Virus record (IMG/VR): IMGVR_UViG_3300011334_000158
Coordinates: 1-63,263 of that record
Origin: a virus
Taxonomy: Duplodnaviria; Caudoviricetes
Strand: one strand, 5' to 3'
DNA length: 63,263 bases
In this document: piece after piece, positions 27,044-35,440 of the stretch
Position numbering within the stretch: position 1 is the stretch's first letter
Layout of the letters: every line of letters begins with the position of its first letter
Notes under the pieces: model-generated
The model's input: only the letters and a program-made list of their open reading frames with translations
Told to the model about the DNA's origin: nothing
The model's database searches: none
Translations under genes and position numbers: made by a program

Positions 27044-27363
27044 CAATAAACATGACAAAAACTTGGTTTGTAGACGGAAAAATTATTGAGGAACAAATAC
27101 CTGAAGAAGCTATTTACGATCCAAGCTGGTGTATTGAATACTGCAAATCATACGCCGAGCAACTTAGAGATAAGACACGCGCAAACCGAGCGGTACACGC
27201 CGCAGAGTGCATTGAGTATTTATTAAGTTTAGTAGACCGCAAGTGGGTAAGTTTGACAGCAGAAGAAATTGCAGAAATATCAGAGTTTCATTTTCATGGC
27301 GCATTTTCTGGAAGGGAAGTTTATGAAGATATTGAAACTAGGTTAAAGGAAAAAAACTTATGA
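27040..27363 (+). CDS. Hypothetical protein with WVSLTAEE..IETRLKEKN tail
   Basis: Coupled ORF. Confidence 0.65.
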   Translation: MTINMTKTWFVDGKIIEEQIPEEAIYDPSWCIEYCKSYAEQLRDKTRANRAVHAAECIEYLLSLVDRKWVSLTAEEIAEISEFHFHGAFSGREVYEDIETRLKEKNL

Positions 27364-27545
27364 TCGACGCAAAAAAACTACAGTACTACACGATGGCATA
27401 CAGGATGCGCGGTTACGCCGAAGGACTAGATGAAGACCGACAGGAAGCGTTGATACACATGCTAATGAAAGCGGCGATGTTGTTAGAAGAAGCATGGGAT
27501 GACTACCAGCTAACTCTACCAGAAGATAAACGAGTGGGAAGCTAA
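27360..27545 (+). CDS. Hypothetical protein
   Basis: Coupled ORF. Confidence 0.6.
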   Translation: MIDAKKLQYYTMAYRMRGYAEGLDEDRQEALIHMLMKAAMLLEEAWDDYQLTLPEDKRVGS

Positions 27546-27546
27546 C

Positions 27547-28419
27547 ATGAAACTTACCAATAAATTTAATCTGCCGGACACGTTTGTTAACGTTATAAAA
27601 CGGCCTCAATACAGTAAAGGTAGCAGCGAGATCAGCGTTACAGAGATCCTGTCACCGCCGCAGTTAGTTCTACTCCGCCGTCAACACACAGATGATATTG
27701 AGCAAGACGCTGCTGATATGGTCTGGTCGTTGTTTGGATCCGCTGTCCACAATATATTAGAGCATGGCAAAGACGATAACCACATCGTAGAAGAGCGCCT
27801 GTTTACTACGTTTGAGGGATGGTCTATTTCTGGTGCTATAGATTTACAGAAATTGATAGATGGCAAGGTACTTATTGCCGACTATAAAGTGACCTCCGCC
27901 TGGGCAGTTCAGCAGGAGAAGCAAGAGTGGATAGATCAACTTAACCTTTACGCATGGCTAGTCGAGCGCGTGAAGGGTGACACAGTATCTGGCATACAAA
28001 TCATTGGCATTGTTCGTGACTGGTCGCGCAGGGAAGCAGCTCTGAAAGATACCTACCCGCAGGCACCTATCGTCACATTAGATATACCGCTTTGGTCGTT
28101 TGAAGACAGAGAAGAGTTTGTGCGCCGCCGACTTACTATGCACAACGAGGCTAACTTTGCGGCAGTCTCCGGCGATATGCCTGAGTGTACGTCAGAGGAA
28201 ATGTGGGAGAAGAAGACAACGTATGCCGTCATGAAAGAAGGTGGCAAGCGGGCGAAGAAGGTATTCGATGTTAAGGATGATGCGATAACATTTTTAGTGC
28301 AGCAAAAGGATGTGCATTACGTAGAAACCAGAGAGGGCGGCAGGACAAGATGCGAAAGCTTTTGCCAGGTTGCACCTTTCTGTAAGCAGAATCAGAAATA
28401 TCTTAAGGAGAAGGCATGA
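27547..28419 (+). CDS. PD-(D/E)XK exonuclease (Cas4/RecB-like), recombination
   Basis: GSAVH, EERL, SGAIDL, DYK, QLNLY; C-terminal RC..FC....FC. Confidence 0.8.
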   Translation: MKLTNKFNLPDTFVNVIKRPQYSKGSSEISVTEILSPPQLVLLRRQHTDDIEQDAADMVWSLFGSAVHNILEHGKDDNHIVEERLFTTFEGWSISGAIDLQKLIDGKVLIADYKVTSAWAVQQEKQEWIDQLNLYAWLVERVKGDTVSGIQIIGIVRDWSRREAALKDTYPQAPIVTLDIPLWSFEDREEFVRRRLTMHNEANFAAVSGDMPECTSEEMWEKKTTYAVMKEGGKRAKKVFDVKDDAITFLVQQKDVHYVETREGGRTRCESFCQVAPFCKQNQKYLKEKA

Positions 28420-29120
28420 AAGCAATAGCATCGGCGCTAGTAAAAGCGCAGCGGGAATTTGGACCGGCTTTAAAGTCCAGCACCAACCCGCATTTCCGCA
28501 GCAAGTATGCGGATCTGTCGGCGTGTATCGAGGCGGTGATTACTGCGCTAAACAACAACGGCATCTATCTCATGCAACTGACAGATGAGCATGATGGTGG
28601 TGTGAAGGTATCTACTACTTTTATTCACGAGTCAGGTGAGCAACTGTCGGCTGGCAGTTTGTTCATGCCAGCGATCAAGCATGACGCGCAGGGCTACGGG
28701 AGTGCTTTGAGCTATGCAAGAAGGTATTCGCTGATGGCAGCCTGCTCCCTTGCAACGGAGGATGACGATGGTAACCAAGCAACAAAGACTGCGCCTCCAC
28801 AGGCGATACCAAAAGCTGCACCGAAACAGCTTGAAGCACAACATAAATTACCTAGCAAGATTGAAGGTAAAGATGCTCAGTGGCAAATCAAGGTATCAGC
28901 AGATCCTGGAACTGATTGGAATGATTGGCTTGCAGTCGTGGTGGAGCAAACAGTTTTCGCGTTAGACATGGCTCAGAACAAAGAAGATGTGATGACTGTC
29001 TGGCGCACGAACGCAAACATCTACAAGATTATTGAGCAGCGTGACAGCGTGGCTTATCCAGAACTGACAAAAACATTTAAAACTTACAAGGAATCTTTTG
29101 ATGAACAAGTATCCAAATAG
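28416..29120 (+). CDS. erf: ERF-family ssDNA annealing protein
   Basis: NPHFRSKYADL, HESGE, QGYGSALSYARRYSL, EDDDG. Confidence 0.9.
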   Translation: MKAIASALVKAQREFGPALKSSTNPHFRSKYADLSACIEAVITALNNNGIYLMQLTDEHDGGVKVSTTFIHESGEQLSAGSLFMPAIKHDAQGYGSALSYARRYSLMAACSLATEDDDGNQATKTAPPQAIPKAAPKQLEAQHKLPSKIEGKDAQWQIKVSADPGTDWNDWLAVVVEQTVFALDMAQNKEDVMTVWRTNANIYKIIEQRDSVAYPELTKTFKTYKESFDEQVSK

Positions 29121-29397
29121 TGGTCGCTTGAACTACGCCAAAAACAAGGTCAATCCTAACAGTGCTGACATTTATGGCGAGATTGTGTTCGACCGCCAGT
29201 ATCTGCGTGATCTGTTAAACGAAACGGATCAGGATGATATACCTGTGAAGTTATCCGGCTGGCAGAAAGAAGGTAACTACGGTCCGTGGTTTGCTATCCG
29301 CGTGAACACGTACAAGAAAGAAAATCCTTACGCGCCGCAGAAAGCAGAGCCGCGCCAAGATGCAATTTCTATTGATGATGGCGACGTACCCTTCTGA
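29101..29397 (+). CDS. Putative ssDNA-binding protein
   Basis: LSGW..G; acidic tail DDGDVPF. Confidence 0.65.
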   Translation: MNKYPNSGRLNYAKNKVNPNSADIYGEIVFDRQYLRDLLNETDQDDIPVKLSGWQKEGNYGPWFAIRVNTYKKENPYAPQKAEPRQDAISIDDGDVPF

Positions 29398-29717
29398 TGG
29401 CAGCCAGTCGATCACCAACGCAGCGTAGTCTTGAATACCTTCGGGAGCAGGGCTACCACTGTGAGGTAGTAGAGAAGTGGAATAGCTTTACCAAACAGAG
29501 AAAGGATCTCTGGGGTTGGTGCGACATCCTGGCTATTAAGAAAGATGAAGTGCTGGCTGTACAGGTGACGGCGGCAGGCGTAGCTAACAGGATAAAAAAG
29601 ATTCAAGACTCAGACACAGTGGCGCTGGTGCGGGATGCAGGAATAAGAATTGAGGTACATGGACATAGAAAGAATTCTAAGGGAAGATACGTTATGCGTA
29701 TTGAAGACATCTCTTAG
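29397..29717 (+). CDS. PD-(D/E)XK nuclease / Holliday-junction-resolvase-like
   Basis: LREQGY..EVVE, DLWGWCDILA, AVQVT. Confidence 0.65.
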   Translation: MAASRSPTQRSLEYLREQGYHCEVVEKWNSFTKQRKDLWGWCDILAIKKDEVLAVQVTAAGVANRIKKIQDSDTVALVRDAGIRIEVHGHRKNSKGRYVMRIEDIS

Positions 29718-29725
29718 GAGGAACT

Positions 29726-30160
29726 ATGGAAACTTGGGTGCCAGTTTATGGATTTGCAAACTATGAAGTATCAAACATGGGGAATGTTAGACGCACATCT
29801 CACATTGCAAAACATGCAAGATATGGTGATAGGAAATTACCAGAAAGAATGCTTAATCCAAAAAGAAATGGCGATGGCTATTGGCGCGTAAAAATAGGCA
29901 AGCAACTTAAGTTTGTCCATGTACTTGTTCTTGAGTCTTTTGTGTGCCCTAGACCAGATGGAATGCAGGTGTGTCACAACAATGGGAAACCTGATGACAA
30001 TAGATTAGAGAACCTTCGATGGGATACACCAAGAAACAATGTGCTTGATAGAAAATCTCACGGCACATATCAATGGGGAGCAAACAATCCAATGAGTAAA
30101 TCTTGGCAAGAAAAGCGCGCTAACGGCAGGTATGCAATTAGGGTGGAGGATATATCGTGA
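29726..30160 (+). CDS. NUMOD4-HNH homing endonuclease
   Basis: ETWVPV.GF..YEVSNMGNVR; VHVLV..F..VCHNNG...DNRLENLRW. Confidence 0.9.
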   Translation: METWVPVYGFANYEVSNMGNVRRTSHIAKHARYGDRKLPERMLNPKRNGDGYWRVKIGKQLKFVHVLVLESFVCPRPDGMQVCHNNGKPDDNRLENLRWDTPRNNVLDRKSHGTYQWGANNPMSKSWQEKRANGRYAIRVEDIS

Positions 30161-30393
30161 CTAAAAACGAAATGATGAGATTGGCTTCTGAGGCTGGCCT
30201 GTGGGTGACCAGTGTTGAACGATTAAAAGCAGTAGAAAAGTTTGCAGAGTTAGTTGCAGCAGCAGAACGGGATAAGAAAGAATGGGTAGGGTTTACACAG
30301 GAAGAACATCAATCTGCAATTTGGACAGACGGTTCTTACGGCGCAGGCTTTTTGTATGCAGAGAAACTGTTAAAGGAGAAGAATGGAAACTAG
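30157..30393 (+). CDS. Hypothetical protein (FAELVAAAER, EWVG..LKEKN)
   Basis: Coupled ORF; shared cassettes. Confidence 0.6.
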   Translation: MTKNEMMRLASEAGLWVTSVERLKAVEKFAELVAAAERDKKEWVGFTQEEHQSAIWTDGSYGAGFLYAEKLLKEKNGN

Positions 30394-30802
30394 CCAGTTT
30401 GAAGCCGTGAAGGTAGGGCTAAAGCAGGATAACTCCGGCTATATCCTGACTCTGCGCATACACCCAGATGAGATTCCAGAAGAGATTGCTCGTGATTATG
30501 TTGGCGCTAGGTACGTGACTGTGATGGTGCGGTTGAATGAAGAAGAGCGCCCGATGAATCGTGAAGCAGAGTTAGCTAAAGACATGGTGCGCATCTCTGG
30601 GATGTTATGCCGCGACCCTAAGTTCTGGGAGTTCTTATCCGAGGCTGGCGGGATTATTGAAAAATCAGAAAAGGAGGCAACAGAATGGCTCAAGGATTAT
30701 CTAAAAGTAGAAAGCCGCAGCGACATAGCGAAGAGTCCGGCGGCGACGGAAAAGATGCTGGGCGTAAAACAGGAGTTTACGGCGTGGAAACAAAAAGATT
30801 AA
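30383..30802 (+). CDS. Hypothetical protein
   Basis: SD AAGGAG; GMLCRDPKFW motif. Confidence 0.7.
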   Translation: METSQFEAVKVGLKQDNSGYILTLRIHPDEIPEEIARDYVGARYVTVMVRLNEEERPMNREAELAKDMVRISGMLCRDPKFWEFLSEAGGIIEKSEKEATEWLKDYLKVESRSDIAKSPAATEKMLGVKQEFTAWKQKD

Positions 30803-31065
30803 TACCTTACTCAGTCCATCTGTCCGAGGAAGTCTATCTCGCGCTGAAGGAAAAGGCGAAAGCTCGCCAGGCATCTAGCCTAGTACGGGACGCTATCACC
30901 ATGATTCTGGAAGGCAACGACAGCTTTAACTCTGGCTACAACAAAGGTATTAGAGATGCTATGGATGTAATTCATAAAGATCCTCACGCATCAATTATTA
31001 GCATTGAAGACCAAAGACTAGCCGACCGTTTGATAGACCAACTACAGGGTTTGTTAGATAACTAA
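30783..31065 (+). CDS. Ribbon-helix-helix-like regulator (putative; GTG start)
   Basis: YSVHLSEEVY..LK....ASSLVRDAI; SD AGGAG. Confidence 0.55.
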
Positions 31066-31075
31066 GGAGGGTGCC

Positions 31076-31318
31076 ATGTTAAGAGACGGCAAATTTATAA
31101 AAGAAGATCCGCCCAAGATTGGTTCTCATTACGTGCCGCAGTTCTATACGTCTGTTGCTAGTAGCGAACCAACGGTGGAATACCAAAGCCGCTGGCAGAA
31201 CGTGCATGAGAAGTACCTGTCATCTATAGACGTAGGTGCGTGGGTCATCATGTTCTATGCCGCTATAGGCGTAGCTTTGACGATTGTGCGGGCGATGTTT
31301 GACTGGCTTATGAGATGA
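31076..31318 (+). CDS. Small membrane protein
   Basis: SD AAGGAGG; C-terminal TM helix. Confidence 0.6.
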   Translation: MLRDGKFIKEDPPKIGSHYVPQFYTSVASSEPTVEYQSRWQNVHEKYLSSIDVGAWVIMFYAAIGVALTIVRAMFDWLMR

Positions 31319-31509
31319 GTCGGAAGCTGTTTGAAGCAGTAAACAAGGAAGCGGAGGAACTGGATCTTATATATGCACCGGACTCCGCTGCTTGGGATTT
31401 GATGCGTAGCCTTGCAAAAGTAATAGAGAAACAAGAACGAGAAAGATGCGCGGTTATTTGCGAAAAAATGGGATTGCCGGAAGCAGCGGCAAAGATAAGG
31501 GGAGAATAG
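31315..31509 (+). CDS. Hypothetical protein (ERERCA..C)
   Basis: Coupled ORF. Confidence 0.6.
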   Translation: MSRKLFEAVNKEAEELDLIYAPDSAAWDLMRSLAKVIEKQERERCAVICEKMGLPEAAAKIRGE

Positions 31510-32456
31510 TGAAGGTCGTAATCCAAAACCACTACGAGTTCATCACAAAAGATGGATACTTGTTTAAGAATGAGAACAGCGACGTAGGCCACAACCTGCT
31601 ACGTTCGTGGGTGCAGCTCTATCAAATCGGCATGGACATGGGCATCCAGTTCTACACGCCGGATCAGGTAGATCTATACACCGTTGACTTGGCTATCTTT
31701 ATGGACAGGCCAAAAGTCGAGCCAGATATTCCAGGGGCCAGCAAGATATTGATCTTGTACGAGCCAGAGATAGTTATTCCAGACAACTGGGATGTGGCTT
31801 ATCACGACAGATTCGATAAGGTACTGACTTGGGATGACAAGATCGTCAACCGTCAGAACTATATCAAGCACAACTTCACAGTAGACTGGACTGACAGGCT
31901 GCCATGTAGCGTCACCGAGTCCGAGTTTAACGACCGCAAGCTTCTGTGCATGATGCAGACAGCTAAGAACAGCAATCATCCCAATAGCTTATATCCCCGC
32001 CGGATAGAGGCTATCCAATGGTTCCAGAAGAACGCTATGTTTGAGTTTGATCTCTGGGGCAGGGGCTGGCCTGTTCAGCAATTCTACTCATGCAGAGGAC
32101 TGGCACAGAATAAGTTAACTACGTGCAGCAAGTACAAGTTTGCACTGACGTTTGAGAACTGCGACAACGCTACAGGCTACATCTCAGAGAAGATACTGGA
32201 TGCCTTCATGGCAGGTACTGTCCCTATTTACTGGGGCGCACCTAACATTACCAGCCACATTCCGGCTGAATGCTTTATAGACATGCGGGATTTTGAAAAC
32301 TACGAAGACTTGTACAAGTATTTAAAGGGCGTGAGTTATCAGCGGTACTGCGAATATTTAGAAGCCATAGACAGTTTCATCCGGTCGGACAAGGCCAACC
32401 AGTTTGACAGCAATGAAGAGGTTAAGGATCTCCTCCGATTGATAGAGAGTTATTGA
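31509..32456 (+). CDS. GT10 (alpha-1,3-fucosyltransferase-like) glycosyltransferase
   Basis: FDLWGRGW; KYKFALTFEN...GYISEKILDAF.AGTVPIYWGAPNI. Confidence 0.85.
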   Translation: MKVVIQNHYEFITKDGYLFKNENSDVGHNLLRSWVQLYQIGMDMGIQFYTPDQVDLYTVDLAIFMDRPKVEPDIPGASKILILYEPEIVIPDNWDVAYHDRFDKVLTWDDKIVNRQNYIKHNFTVDWTDRLPCSVTESEFNDRKLLCMMQTAKNSNHPNSLYPRRIEAIQWFQKNAMFEFDLWGRGWPVQQFYSCRGLAQNKLTTCSKYKFALTFENCDNATGYISEKILDAFMAGTVPIYWGAPNITSHIPAECFIDMRDFENYEDLYKYLKGVSYQRYCEYLEAIDSFIRSDKANQFDSNEEVKDLLRLIESY

Positions 32457-32457
32457 T

Positions 32458-32700
32458 ATGAAACCCAGGTTACTTACTGAAACATTTGTATGCACCATGT
32501 GCAAAAAAGAAAAGCCTTATCAAGAATTTAAAAAGAACAGGGCTAGGTTTTCTGGTTATGCAAGTTATTGCCTTCAATGTAATCGGGAACATACCGCAAA
32601 AAAAAGAGCAAAAAATATTCAAGCAAAACCAATTCATACAAAAGACGCCATGAATAATTTGTTTTCATTATGGAATTCTTCTAAAGGAAATTACGGATGA
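32458..32700 (+). CDS. Small Zn-finger protein
   Basis: CTMC..CLQC. Confidence 0.6.
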   Translation: MKPRLLTETFVCTMCKKEKPYQEFKKNRARFSGYASYCLQCNREHTAKKRAKNIQAKPIHTKDAMNNLFSLWNSSKGNYG

Positions 32701-33428
32701 CTTTATCTGTAGCAGTAGTTACATCTACCCGTGGCAGGGAAACAATTAAACAGGCTCATGAATCAGTCATGAACCAAACATACCCAGCTACCCATTATGT
32801 TTTTGCGCATGGCAAAGACTGTTGGAATGAAGTGGAAGACCATTTAGACGCTATGCAGGAGATTGAAAATGTACAAATGGTTTATCTTCCTCGCGCTAAC
32901 GGCAGCGGTGGTCTTGCAATGGCTCCCGTTTTTGCTATGGCTCCATACGCTATAAAAGAAGACATCATCTGCTACCTTGATGACGACAACTGGTACGAGC
33001 CAGACCACGTAGAAACAATGGTGAAGATGATAGAGGAGCATGATCTTGGCTGGGCATACAGCCTTAGAAAGATAGTAGACAACGAAGGTAACTTTATTTG
33101 TGACGATAACTGTGAGTCTCTGGGCTGCGTAAAAAATACGTCAGGCCACTATCTTGTGGATAACTCCTGCTATGTAGTTAGGTCAGAGGTTGCCCGCAAG
33201 TACAGCCATGCTTGGTATGTCCCATTTGTATCCGACCGTTCGTTCCAAGCGGCGCTGATGGTGGCAAAGATTAAAACAGGAACTACAGGAAAGCATACCG
33301 TCAACTACCGCCTGTCAACAGATGGCAGCGGCAGCATGACATCAGAAAAATTCATTGGTAATAACGAGTGGATGAAACAAAACCGTCCGGATTTTTCTTG
33401 GACAAAAAAACAAATCTTTAACTTCTAG
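32697..33428 (+). CDS. GT2-family glycosyltransferase
   Basis: SVMNQTY; YLDDDNWYEPDH DxD motif. Confidence 0.8.
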   Translation: MTLSVAVVTSTRGRETIKQAHESVMNQTYPATHYVFAHGKDCWNEVEDHLDAMQEIENVQMVYLPRANGSGGLAMAPVFAMAPYAIKEDIICYLDDDNWYEPDHVETMVKMIEEHDLGWAYSLRKIVDNEGNFICDDNCESLGCVKNTSGHYLVDNSCYVVRSEVARKYSHAWYVPFVSDRSFQAALMVAKIKTGTTGKHTVNYRLSTDGSGSMTSEKFIGNNEWMKQNRPDFSWTKKQIFNF

Positions 33429-33437
33429 GAGAAATGT

Positions 33438-34208
33438 ATGGCTAAATTATTCGTTGCTACACCAATGTACGGTGGCCTTTGCTATGGCTACTACGCACAA
33501 TCACTGTTGTCTTTGCAGCACGCCATGCGCGATATGCGTATCGATATAGCGTGTAGCTTTTTATTCAACGAGTCTTTAATTCAACGGGCGCGTAATTCCC
33601 TGGCGCACTCTTTTTTGAAGACTGACTTTACGCATCTAATGTTTATCGATGCCGATATCCACTTCAATCCCAAAGATGTGCTGCCCATGCTTTTGGCAGA
33701 CAAGCCAATCATCTGCGGTGTTTATCCCAAGAAAGAAATTAATTGGGGACAGGTTCACAACGCAGCAGTAAACGGCGTTCCAGCAAACGAGTTAAGCAAA
33801 TACAGCGGTTCTTTCGTGGTTAACTTGGTTGGCTACAAAGAAGAAGAGCGAGTAGATACCGGCTCCCCTATCGAAATTTGGAATGGTGGCACTGGTTTTA
33901 TGTTAATCAAGCGCGAAGTCTTTGAGCAGCTACGAGACAAGGTGCCTAGCTACATCAACGACACCCATGACCTTGGTGGCAACATAGGTCACGAAAGAAT
34001 CTCTGAGTTCTTTGCTACCAGTATTGAGCCATTGGGAGAGCGCCTTCTCTCCGAGGACTATCACTTCTGCAAGATATGGCGCGAGAAATGTGGCGGATCC
34101 GTATGGGCTGCACCGTGGGCACAGCTATCCCATATAGGTACACACATGTTCAACGGTATCTTGACTGAAAAACCAACCCACATAGAACCCAAACCACAGG
34201 AAGTCTAA
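33438..34208 (+). CDS. GT-A fold glycosyltransferase-like phage protein
   Basis: ATPMYGG, ESLIQRARN, FIDADI, GTGFMLIKR, SEDYHFC, HIG. Confidence 0.75.
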   Translation: MAKLFVATPMYGGLCYGYYAQSLLSLQHAMRDMRIDIACSFLFNESLIQRARNSLAHSFLKTDFTHLMFIDADIHFNPKDVLPMLLADKPIICGVYPKKEINWGQVHNAAVNGVPANELSKYSGSFVVNLVGYKEEERVDTGSPIEIWNGGTGFMLIKREVFEQLRDKVPSYINDTHDLGGNIGHERISEFFATSIEPLGERLLSEDYHFCKIWREKCGGSVWAAPWAQLSHIGTHMFNGILTEKPTHIEPKPQEV

Positions 34209-35440
34209 TGTTTATTCTTGGCAAAAATTACATCCATGCTTCTGGACAAGTAATCGGGGAGCGTGAAAAGCAGTTGATGCACGAAGCGGTGGATAAAGGC
34301 TGGCTTACTGCTGGTCCTTTTAACCGCCAGTTTGAGGACACGCTCACCCGCTGGATTGGTGCCAAAGCTATCCGCACGGTTAACTCTGGGAGCTCTGCCA
34401 ATCTGGTTGCCTTCTCTGCCCTGACTTCCCCGAAGCTGGGGAACAGGGCTATTAAGAAAGGTGATGAGGTTATCAGCGTGGCCTGCGGGTTTCCCACTAC
34501 CATTAATCCAATTATTCAATTTGGTGCGGTGCCCGTGTTCTTGGATGTAAATACAACCTTAAACATTGATATCAACGACATTGAATCTTCAATTACAGAT
34601 AAGACCAAAGCTATCTTTATTGCTCACACGCTAGGTAATCCATTCAACGTGGATGAAATAGTCTCGTTGGCAAAGAAGCATAACCTCTGGCTGATTGAAG
34701 ATTGCTGCGATGCCTTGGGCGCGGAATGGCGTGGGCAGAAGGTCGGTACGTTTGGCGACTTAGCTACCCTGTCTTTCTTCCCAGCTCACCATATCACGAT
34801 GGGCGAAGGTGGCGCGGTCATCATCAACAACACTAGCCTGACCAGACTGGTCGAGTCTTTCCGTGACTGGGGTAGAGATTGCTGGTGCGAGCCAGGCAAA
34901 GACAATACTTGTAAGCAGCGGTTCTGCCACAAGTTTGACGGCCTGCCAGAAGGCTATGACCACAAGTATGTGTTTACTCACGTAGGCTACAACTTAAAGA
35001 TCACTGAGATGCAGGCGGCTTGCGGCGTGGCACAGTTGGAAAAGCTAGACTTGTTCATACAAAAGCGCAAAGAGAACTATCAGTATTTGAAAGAACGCCT
35101 GTCTAAGTATGAGCAATTCTGGCTACCGACAGTCTATCCAGACGCTAACCCTAGCTGGTTTGGGTTTCCTATTACCTTGTCTACTACGACTAAATTCACG
35201 CGCAGTGAGTTGGTTCAGTACCTTGAGAAGCACATGATTGGATGCCGCCTAGTCTTTGCTGGCAACGCAACCAAGCAGCCGTTCTTGAAAGATCAGAACT
35301 ACCGCATTCATGGCTCGTTGGAACAAACAGACTTGGTGATGCACAACACATTCTGGGTAGGTGTGCAGCCCGCTCTCACCCGCGAGATGTTGACCTACGT
35401 AGCAGACACCTTTGATAAATTTATGAAGGAATTTTTATGA
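34208..35440 (+). CDS. rfbH: CDP-4-keto-6-deoxy-D-glucose 3-dehydrase E1 (PMP/[2Fe-2S])
   Basis: VNSGSSANL, AHTLGNPF, EDCCD, SFFPAHHITMGEGG (His in place of the Schiff-base Lys), RDCWC.....NTC. Confidence 0.88.
   Translation: MFILGKNYIHASGQVIGEREKQLMHEAVDKGWLTAGPFNRQFEDTLTRWIGAKAIRTVNSGSSANLVAFSALTSPKLGNRAIKKGDEVISVACGFPTTINPIIQFGAVPVFLDVNTTLNIDINDIESSITDKTKAIFIAHTLGNPFNVDEIVSLAKKHNLWLIEDCCDALGAEWRGQKVGTFGDLATLSFFPAHHITMGEGGAVIINNTSLTRLVESFRDWGRDCWCEPGKDNTCKQRFCHKFDGLPEGYDHKYVFTHVGYNLKITEMQAACGVAQLEKLDLFIQKRKENYQYLKERLSKYEQFWLPTVYPDANPSWFGFPITLSTTTKFTRSELVQYLEKHMIGCRLVFAGNATKQPFLKDQNYRIHGSLEQTDLVMHNTFWVGVQPALTREMLTYVADTFDKFMKEFL

Noticed and set aside
27547-28419. Cas4 as an adaptation module for the array
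   Set aside because: It sits in an ordinary exonuclease-ERF-SSB recombination cluster on another transcript. Stand-alone Cas4-like nucleases are common in phages.
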